DNA of 64,000 bases, taken from positions 1,629,262 to 1,693,261 of the forward strand of contig MU058257.1 of the NCBI GenBank assembly GCA_013265495.1, given 5' to 3'. A program made the position numbers and the translations under genes. The number at the start of each line of letters is the position of its first letter. Position 1 is the stretch's first letter. A model generated the notes under the pieces. That model made no database searches and was not told the DNA's origin. It was given only the letters and a program-made list of their open reading frames with translations. This document shows, one piece after another, positions 54,156-64,000 of the stretch. This DNA comes from Vicugna vicugna. Lineage: Eukaryota.

Positions 54156-56099
54156 AAGTCAAAGATTCACCAAAAAGTATTTACCAAATAGTTAAAAAAT
54201 TACACAGAGATCTTGATTTTTGCTTTAGTGCTATAAAATGTAAATCAAGTTTCAGCATATGCCAGTAACACCAGGCACTGAGGAGAAAAAGCAAAAGTGA
54301 GTTTGTAGAACAGAGACCCAAAGCACCCTCCTCCCCAAGCACAGCAGGACAGCCGTGCCTCTGCGTACCAAGGTCGGAGCCACACGGGCTCCCTGCTTTC
54401 CTCATCTTGGGTAGTGTTTTATTTCCAGCCTTGGGAAAAGTGAGGAGACTGCTGGTCAGATCATTGCAGGAGCAGCTTCCATCATGTAAAAGCCCTGTCT
54501 CTTCCTTTCCTCTGCCTCCTGGAATGTTCTGACATAGTTAATCAGTCCAGCCTTCTAAATTGAGGAAATGGAGCTCAATCAGTCTGCTTTTAGACACAGT
54601 TAAGAAATAGACATTGAAAAGCATAACCAGGAAATCTTATCTTCCAGAGGTCACTTCACAGATGAAATATGAGAGGATCTGTGAATCCACTCTGTAAACA
54701 CGAAAGTACAGTACAAACAACATTAGTACTGATTCTATGTTACATTCACCAAAAAAGGAAAACGGAACACTTTCCCACCAGGAGGAAAAGGTGCTTTGCA
54801 ATTTTCTATCACTTTAATTCTTCAAAAGTTTCTATAAAATTGATGTCTTTAAAAAAAAATTTATGCACATTAAGGGTTAATTTTAATTCCTTCATCTCCA
54901 CCTGTTTAACAGGTATCAGTAACGCTTCCATTTCTAGATATTTTATTTAGGAAAGCCTTTAGTATACACGAGGCACAGAGTAAGTGTGACAAATTCTCAG
55001 AATCACTCAGGTTAGAAAACCCATGTTTGATACACAAACCTGAAGACATGAAGAAGATGCCCAGCACGTCCCACTGATCAAGCTGTTATTTTTCAAAGTA
55101 TTGTTCTTCCTGGCCCAGAGCAGACGCACATTTGTTGAAGTGGGACTAAGTCAAAAGGTCAACCCACCATTCCTGCTGTAGAGACTGAAATCTCACCCTC
55201 CTCGTCCACGTGGACATCACATCCCTACTGCTTCCCGCCGTGAAGAACCACCACCAGTGACTCAGGACACGCCAGTGCAGACGCTCGCCGGTGCAGCAAG
55301 GAGGAAAGCCGTGTGCTTAAGGCCCACTTGCCATCTGTAACACACTTGCTAAGACCCTGCAGCCTCTCTAACTAAAGCCTAAATGTGGAAGACAGGACCA
55401 CACCCATGGCAAAGGGCAATCGGAGGCTGGCTCCTTGGTCCGACTTCATCTCTTCTCAAGAGCTGTGGGCAGCACCTTGAGGACCTGGGACCCAACTCCT
55501 CAAAAAGCTGTGCCTCCTAATAATTCACAACTAAGCGAGTGTCATCCAGCTCAGCGGATCTCCCTGCGTCCCTACGGTGCGCGTCCACCTTTTCTTTGTT
55601 TTCTCAGTTGGGAGACACTCCTTTTTTGAAAGTCTCCCTCCCTGCAGTAGAAGTTCTCAGTTTCCCAATCACAACAGTCTTGTGATGGGAGGATGACAGA
55701 CCTGACAAACACAGAACAGGATTTATTCCTCCATTACCACTTGGTATGTTTTCGTCACGTGGACTAAAAAACGTTGGGGCAGTGGGACATCGAGGTCATA
55801 CCTATTTCACACAATTATCAACTGTCACCTTACTGCCACCTCCTGAAACAGGCACCTGGTCACGAGGTTTCCTCCTTCCCTTGACCCATGGATTCGATGA
55901 CTTCTCCCCAGACACAATAGCTTATTGCAAAGAAGTCTGTTTCACCTTTTGCTGTTAAACTGAACTTGCATGTCTGACCATGGCTTCACTCCAACACTCA
56001 CAAAACACAAACCAAGGACGCGCCCATTCGACAGTGTCTCTAGACGTCATGGACACACTGCTTAGCTGGTTCTTCCAGGTAAGTCCTCGTCGGCTTGCT

Positions 56100-56420
56100 G
56101 TATTTTCAGTAATCATTACCTCTTTGGATAGTTTATTACACATTTACCATTTCTTTACCCAATTCAGTTAATTTGGTGCATAAGATTTCAAAAGACTGCG
56201 TTCTCAAAATGCTGATATTTAACATCCATGGCCTTTTTTTTAATCAAGTAGTTCCACAAGGCTGTCAAGGAAAGCAATCAGGTGTGTGTGGTGATTGCTG
56301 CTGCAGAGTCTCTGGTCCTGCTCCATTATCTCACAGATGTTTACACACTCTTGTTAATATTATTTCATCAGTCTATTAGGAATTGAAATTAAACTAACTG
56401 GATGCTAATTTTTTCTTTTT
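56100..56420 (-). mobile_element. Possible ancient CR1/L3 reverse-transcriptase-region relic
   Basis: Loose similarity to recalled CR1 ORF2 antisense motifs (aacatccatggcc; gcaatcaggtgtgtgtggtgatt; aattgaaattaaactaactgg). No ORF remains. Confidence 0.3.
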
Positions 56421-56806
56421 AAAACAATCGACTTAATTTCCCTTGCTAATTCTTTATTATTTCTAGTACTGAGGCCCACCACTTTTCCATATATATATGG
56501 GGGGGGGCGTGCACAGCCCTGAACGCCTGCAGACAGCACCAGCTCTGACACTGAGCAGAGGTGGCCGTGGCCGCAGGTGTGACTCCAGCCACTGAGCACA
56601 GCGCCTGCAGCCCTGCGAACTGTTCTGCCTCTGTTGCCGACAGCCCTGAAGGTCAGTCACTGCCTCCTGTAAAATCCCACAACATTATAGTTCATGTACT
56701 TTCTAAAAGGTACAAAACTGTGAAATTAGTCTGTTGTTTGTGTAAAAAGCGGGGGGGTGGGGGGCTTGCCTTTGCTCATTTCAGCCTAAACTAACTCCAG
56801 AAGGAC

Positions 56807-56808
<2 letters not shown>

Positions 56809-56844
<36 letters not shown>

Positions 56845-56846
56845 AG
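56809..56846. repeat. (AC)16(AG)3 compound microsatellite
   Basis: Direct reading. Confidence 0.95.
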
Positions 56847-57964
56847 CCCTGAGGGCCCCCAAGGGAGGGCCAATGAGCTTCGGAACGGTGGTGGCACTCG
56901 TAACTCTGGCATCTTGAGCTGTATGCAAGTATCACTTATTCAAAAAATACACACTATCATTCGCAACCCAGAGAATCAGAATCTCCCACAGGATGCTTAC
57001 CAGAACTTTTCTTGAAGAAACTATCTTCCCTCAAATCCCATGATAATTCAAATATCTATGGAAAGAAAACAGATCAGTAACATCAAGCAACAATTACCTG
57101 AATGCTGGTTAGCTCTCAGCCCCAGCCGAAGGACACAGAAATAAGATGCCTGGAGACTGAGAGACAGGAAGGAGGCATTACAAAGCAAGGACGTGAAAGA
57201 AGTGGTGACCTGTGGAAACTTCCTCATTTTCTTTGAAATAATTACTTGACTAAAGAAACTCAGTATATCGAGGGTCTGGAATGCACCAAGAGGCAATCCG
57301 GCAGGGCGGACGAGCGGGGGCAGGCCTCAGGTTTCTCCTCGGGCTGATCCTAAATGAAGACCATTTCCTTGGCTCCCAGAATCCTATACCTGCACCGTCC
57401 CCCTCAGCGGAAGAGCGGGGAGGGGAGAAGGAAGCAGGGAGACGGTGGGGCGGGGGGAGGTCTGAGCTGTAAGACTCGGGAAGGGGCGGACGTGTTTCCT
57501 GCACAGAAAAACTAACAAATCCCTGGCCAGGAGTAACCCAAGCATTTAAAAATCAATCTTTACATCATTATAATGATTTTCACCTCAAAAAAAAATGGAT
57601 TTTGCTCACAGAGTTGCATCCAACCGGTAAAAAGCTGGCACAGAGCTGCGTCAAGGACAAAGGAATGGCCGCCATGATGGCAGAGGAACTCGTGTGTTGT
57701 GGCCCAGGTTCCTCTGAACCTCCCCCGGGGAAGGCCAGGTCACGTATCACGACCAGTGTGGTGAGGGTGCAGCACTCCATTCAGACACAGAGATGGGGTC
57801 ACCCCCGTGTCTACACCTCCTGCCTCAGAGGAGCTTTGTGCAAGCACCACGTAAAACCACGATTAATTAGAAGAACAAGGACTTCATCACATGATCCGTG
57901 TGATCACTCTGCAGACCAGTGTGGACACGTGCCCTGAGATGAGCTGCCCGGCGCTCTGGCCACA

Positions 57965-58127
57965 GCTTGGAGCTGGCGGGTGGGTGCTCTGCTTGCGGAG
58001 TCACACAGGGCCTCTCGCCCCAGGTTCAGTGCTCTGTTGTCGCAGTTTCAAATTTATAATCACTGTTGAGCAAGGGGCCCACACCTTCACTCTGCACTGG
58101 GGCCTGCCAATGGTGCGGCCCGGGCTG
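57965..58127. mobile_element. MER91A-like hAT-Tip100 DNA transposon
   Basis: gagtcacacagggcc...ggttcagtgctctgttgtcgcagtttcaaattt...ttgagcaaggggcccacaccttcactctgcactggggcctgc matches recalled MER91A. Confidence 0.75.
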
Positions 58128-58475
58128 CCCTGCCTCTCAAGCTGCGGTCTGGGGGCCAGCAGGATGAGCATCCCCTGGGGACCGAGAGATGCAGCATCTC
58201 AGCCTGCAGCTGAGACCTGCACCTGGACAGGACGCCGCCAACACTGACGTGCATGTGACAGTCTGAGGGGCGGCGCTCCGCTGGAGGTAATGCTGCCCGA
58301 AAACCAAAGCACCTGCAGAAGTGCCATGAGGCAGAAGACGCAGACGCTTCCAACACCAACAAAGCTCCTGTGAGTAAACAGCAGTGGGCAGAGCAGCGTG
58401 TTACAGAAATCGACGCACAGAGCTTGGCTGAACAGAGCTGGTCAGTCCTTCCCTTAAACTCATCCAGCAAGAGCT

Positions 58476-59011
58476 AAGTGCCCATCGACAGAGGGCTGGG
58501 TAAAGAAGCTGTAGTGTATTTACACAACAGAATACCACTCAGCCATAAAAAAGGAGAAAATGCCATCCAGCAACATGGATGGACCTGGGGATTGTCATTC
58601 TAAGTGAAGTAAGCCAGAAAGAGAAAGAAAAATACCATATGATCTCATGCATGTGTGGAATCTTAAAAAAAAAGAAAGAAAGAAAAAGAAAAAAGAGGAG
58701 ACTATGAACTCATCTACAAAACAGACTCGCAGACACAGTAAACAATCATATGGTTACTGGGGAAAGGGGGTGAGAAGGGATAAATTTGGGAGTTGATATT
58801 TGCAAATGTTAGCCACAATATATAAAAATACATTTAAAATTTTATTCCGCAAAGCACAGGGAACTATGTTCAATATCTTGTAATAACTTTTAATGAAAAA
58901 AGAATATGAAAACAAACATATGTACATACACGCATGGCTGGGACACTGTGCTCGACACCAGTACACACTGTAACTGACTATACTTCAATTAAAACAAAAC
59001 AAAGACAAAAA
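58476..59011 (+). mobile_element. 5'-truncated L1 3' end (related subfamily with a different 3' UTR)
   Basis: ORF2-end and 3' UTR sequence (gcaacatggatggacctgggg...ctaagtgaagtaagccagaaagagaaagaaaaataccatatgat) and an A-rich tail. TSD agcaagagct (58466-58475) / agcgagagct (59012-59021). Confidence 0.9.
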
Positions 59012-59074
59012 AGCGAGAGCTTCAAATCACATTTAAAACATGTAGCACTGTCAAAGGCCATCCATTTCGCCCAC

Positions 59075-59408
59075 CCGACCACCCAGGTGTGTACGCTGAA
59101 GCCCTGGCTTCACGGCTTCACAAGGCCACTGCATCTTCAGTCTCCAAAGAAAGGGCCCCAAAGAGGTGACTGACCTGGGCCATCAGGCGGCCCTAATTCA
59201 ATAGGGCAGGTGTCCTTTTAAGAAAAGGAGACTGGGACGCAGGGAGAAGACGGCCGACCACAAGCCAGGAAGAGAGGCCTCAAACTACCCTGCCCACACC
59301 CTGACCTCGGGCGCCCAGCCTCCAGGACCGCACGGAAGCTTCTGCTGTCTAAGTCACCAGCCACCAGTCCGCGGTCCCCTGTGGTAGCCACCCCAGCAAG
59401 CTTCCGCA
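59075..59408 (+). mobile_element. MaLR LTR (MLT1A/B-like)
   Basis: ggccctaattcaatagggcaggtgtccttttaagaaaaggagact...caagccaggaagagaggcctca...accctgcccacaccctgacctcgggcgcccagcctccagga. Confidence 0.8.
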
Positions 59409-62400
59409 AGCAAACTTCGAAAAGAACTGAAGCGTGTCAAACAGCTTCTTCCTCTTTCTGACAACATCCATGAACTGACTGTCTCTGGTCAACCATGAAT
59501 TCAGTTCCATTAAGGGAGACATGGTATCATGTTTCTTTTTTAAATTCTCCAGCTGGCCCCACATGAGAACACCAAGGTGCGTCCTCGCCGCAGTAACACG
59601 GATCAGTAATGCACAGTGTTGGCTCCTAATTCCTAGGACTAAACACACAGGAACTTGCAAGCAGATGGAAGAAAGAAAGTGACCTGGTCATCACCTTAAG
59701 GTGACCCAGCGCTGACCTCCGTTTCTGCCATTTATGCAAACACTGTGAACATCCCGCAAACCAGCATCCTCTCATGCGCTTAAGAGATGTACGAATATGC
59801 CGATGAAACTTCTACCCTCATCTTCCCTGCAAAGCCGACTGCCGCGCTCCCCCGGGCCCGATGTGAGGGGCGGGGGGTCCTCAGCGCGTCCTCAGTCTTG
59901 TCTCTCCCACGCAGGCAGGCAGGCAGGCAGCGGGCGCCAGCGTGCGTGCACCTGAGCGGGGCTGTCCCTCAATCACCCTCCAAACCATGCTTGAAATCAG
60001 AGCTGAAGGAGGAACCAGGCTCAGAAGGTCGACTCAAATAGCCCCGGAAGCGGGGACGAATCAGACGGCTCTCTGCACCTCTTCTTGTTTCAAAGCCCAC
60101 GAGGTGCTGCCTGGGTGACTGCGCCCTTTGCTCCCCTCCCCGCTCCACCCTGGGGGAAAGGAGGAAGACAAGGCACATTTAGCTGAAGATGCCCACAGTG
60201 CAAAACCCACAGCTGACAACATCTTCATGGCTTCAGAGCGCAGTGCTGCCACTGACCATGTTAAACCACGTGGGGGGAGCATGGCAGCCGTGAACCCAGT
60301 GAAGAAGGGCCCTCATCTTCCCATGAATCGCAGGAGAGGACGGGGCTCAGACCCTCCCAGGTGTGCAGAGAATCATCCCCAAGAGCAGGTACCACGGGTG
60401 GGAGTCCACAGGGCCTGCAGCTGCCCCTTCGGGCTTCTCCAGTGGAGACGCGTGAGTGAACCTTGTAAACCCTGCATCTAGAAGACGCTTCAGGCCAAGG
60501 ACCCAGATGCCGAAAAAAACCTCTTTCTGTCACTAATGTGGCTGTTTATTAAACCCTGCCCTCCTGCCACTGGAGACCCAATCAACCCAAGACCGCTGCT
60601 TCTGCCCAGAGACTGGCCCGCGTCCGCAGGATGGCTGCAAAACAAGGCCAGGAGGAACAGGGGACAGACAAACCTGCACCACTCCTCTGCCCACCCCAGT
60701 GCCTCCAGCCCAGGGACCGGTTTGTCCCCAGGCCCCTGCCACACGCCACATCTCTCATCCACCTCCAGGAGTGGAGCCCCCATTTCTGAGCCTGGGCCTC
60801 CTCCCAATGACTAAGTAAATCTTACTTTATCTCTGCGTGTGCCCGGTGGGGCTCCATGACCTCACTATCAGCATTAGCCGTCACTAACGAGCGGGGTCTG
60901 TCTGGCTTTGTAGTGAATACAAACGGGGCAGGGAGGGAGCCGACGCAGGAGATGAGGCTTGCCTGTCTTCCACCGTTGGCTCATCCTCTTATCCGGACGG
61001 CACCTGAGTGACCCCAATCTAACAGGAGCAGGAAGCCCTCCTCTCACAAGCTCACACGACGCAGGCAGGCAGGATCCGGCAGTAAGGGACCGACTCAGAC
61101 AGCAGGACGGACAGAGAACGACTCTGATCGGGGGGGAGAAGCCCTGAGCACCAAGACTGAGGACAAGTCAGAGACAAGGAGGAGCCCACTGCTCTAAGAC
61201 GGGGAAACAGAGCTCCCGGCAGGGAGACAGGAAAGCACAAGATCCTAGTCTGGAAACGCATGTGGTGGGCTCGACCCCCGCGTGGCCGACATGCAGGTGG
61301 GTGAGGCATGACTATCGGTGCACAATGAGCAGATGGAGTTCTTTCAAAAGGAAATGAGTAGTGAGAAGGTTGTACGTGTGTGATGAGTGTGAGTTATATT
61401 CGGGGGGGTGGGGTGGGCAGAAGAGCTGCACAGGAGGGAAGGGAAGGAAGGAGGGCTAAGCCTGCAGGACACAGCTCCACCGTGTAACTCACCAAGCAAT
61501 AAACTCCGAACTTCCCTGAAAATAAGCACTAGATACAGAGATCCACGTCCACGCCACCCACCTGTAGTTAAAGGTTTTGCAAAATTCAACAAATAGTTCT
61601 TACCTGAGCACCTCCTTGTACCCGGTGTGTAACACAACAAACGCTGTGAAGACAGACACCAATAAACCACGCAAACGTGCACGTGCAGCGTTAACACACA
61701 CCTTCGTAACACAGGACGCATTTCACTCGTGACCACCTATTTACATGAACCAGCGCACGCCCGTAAACACACACGCGCACCTTCCAGCACTGAAACCTGT
61801 AAGTCACCGAAGGCCTCAGAGCTATTAGAAAACATTAATTCAGTTCCTCGAGCTAAACTACATTTCACCATTTCCATCAACGGACGTGAACAGAACCTTG
61901 AGATGATTAATGTTTTATCAGTGATCGCCCAGGCGGGAGCAGAGAGGACACCACCTCGGATTTAGGACGTCAGCTCCGTGCCACCGAGGAAGGGAAGGAG
62001 CTATCACTCATAAGAGCGTTATTATTATTCAGATCAGTAAAAACTTGAAAAAGTAACTTACTTAGGAATTCATTTCTCTCATTTCAGACTTGATACGGTT
62101 TTCTCGCTGTAAGCTAGGAGACCGGCGGGTTGGAGAAGCCGGACAATCTCACGGCTGAGGAAGGGGAGTGACCCCGGGGCCCGGCCGCGGGCAGGAACAC
62201 CGCAGCGTGGCTGGACGCGCTTCTGCCACTCCGCTGCTCAAAACTAAGCCTCCTCTTGCTGGTTTACGTTCACTGGGGCCTGCAGGCAGGACTCGCGCCT
62301 CTCTCCCGGCACTCAGACCACGGCCTCCTCTCCGGCTCACGGAGAACAGAGCGGAGGTTTACTCCTCGGACAGTCTCCGCTCGGGGGAGGTGGGGGCAGC

Positions 62401-64000
62401 GCAGAGCCGGGGGACACGGGCTGTCAGTGAAGGCTGGGTGGTCGGAGCTCGGGGTGTGAGGGACCCAGGGTGGGCACCATCAATTTGGAAGAACAACCTA
62501 CACTTAATGACGACTACATTTAAACCACTATTTCCAACCAGCACCAGAAACAGTGCACAGTCCCCTCTGTCAGGAAGAGGTACGTGTGGGGAGGCTCTGG
62601 GACCTACTACACAAACACACACGTCACTGAAGGAAGCCTGGGCCTCCGCACTCCTCGCACACGGCTCTGCTCAAGGCCAGAAGAGCTCACGAGGAGGAGT
62701 GAGTGATCCCAGCAGTCAATAAAGACAGGCCACCCAGCCGCGGAGCCCCCACGAAGGCAAGAGGGGACAGCAAGAGGACGCGGCCCTAGAACAAGTCAGA
62801 CCCAGCTTTCACCCCGGCCCCTCGGACATGGGGCACCTGGGATGTCTAATCGGGTGAGTAGTCACCTACAAGAAAGCCTTCACCTTTAATGGTGGGAAAC
62901 AGGGCAGTGTCCCCAGAACTCGTGAGCAAGACAAGGCTGCCATCACCCCATTCCCTCAGCCTGGTGCTGAGGTCCACCCATGGGACGAGGCATGAAGAAT
63001 AAAAGGTGCAAGGACTGCAGAGGAGGAGTAAAAGTTACCTACAGAAAACACGTGGACCGTTTGAAAAGAACAGGTCAAGTGCTGGGGGCGTGTGGAGCAA
63101 GAACACCCACACCTCCACCCACAGACATGCGCAGAGTGCCCGCGGCCGCGCTCAGGGCTGTGTGAGCCCAGGGCCGGAGGGCGGCCTGCGTGGTTGCCCC
63201 CCAACTCCCCGCCCAGGCAGCAAGAGGCCGACGGACAAGAACTGGAAACAAACAAACTGGAAAGCACCAGAAGGCAGACCCCTTCTGTGATCACATGACC
63301 AGCAACTGTCAGCAGGGTCGAGGACAAAGCCGCCTCCGCGAGAATCCTTTCCTTGGCGGAAGTTCTAAACAACTGTTACGGTTACTATCAAGTTTTAACT
63401 TTAAAGTTCAAATGAGCATATTCTGTGGCTTACGCCTTAGTAAACACTGTTTTTCACCCAGAGGGTAATCAGAGAACCCAGGAAAGAGTCTCCCACGGCC
63501 ACCGCAAACTCAGCTACCAGACTCGTCTGGGTAAGGTCCTAACCCTTAGACGCCCCTCGTGCTTGCATGGGCCCAGGTGGCCTCGCCGTCCCTGAGGAGC
63601 TGCCAGGCAGCAACGCTAAGACAAGTGGTTGCAACGAGAGAGAAACACAACAGAGCCGCTGCAGTCTGTCAGTCCCCGTGGGCCCTTGGACTTTTCCTTT
63701 GGGCTGGAACATCTTCAACTGTGGGGCCTTCCTCTGAAACCCGCTAGGATGATTTCCAGGGAAACAGAGACACTGCACTTCTCGGAATTTATTGTGAAAT
63801 GGAATTTTTATGACTCTCTGCCAGATGTATCTTTATGTTTAAGACTCACCCTAACCAATTACTTCTACAGAGGGTGTTGCTTTATGTGAGAGAAAATTTT
63901 CAAAATTAACATTATAAAAAAGAAGTTGCTCTTTGTTGAAATATAAAGACAGGCTGACAAATCTGGCTATCCCATCTACTGAATGTGAATATACAAACAG

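Overview
Mammalian genomic DNA, most likely from a camelid (Vicugna/Camelus). This is inferred from a tRNA-derived SINE of the Vic-1 type and the L1 3' UTR style, both recalled from memory. The whole window lies inside PARD3 (Par-3 cell polarity regulator), transcribed on the minus strand. It contains one coding exon: exon 3 at 8683-8863 (181 nt, canonical AG/GT). Intron 3 lies to its left and part of the very large intron 2 to its right. The rest is intronic and holds young L1 fragments (one with a twin-priming 5' inversion), a solo ERV LTR with an intact 4-bp TSD, old L1M/L2/MIR/MaLR/hAT relics and microsatellites, including an intronic (GCC)n tract. Almost all ORFs in the supplied track are chance ORFs or L1 ORF2 remnants. 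I found no convincing new multi-gene system; the findings are modest, testable oddities. Repeat family names and protein comparisons rest on recalled consensus sequences, not on database searches, and the boundaries of old repeats are approximate.
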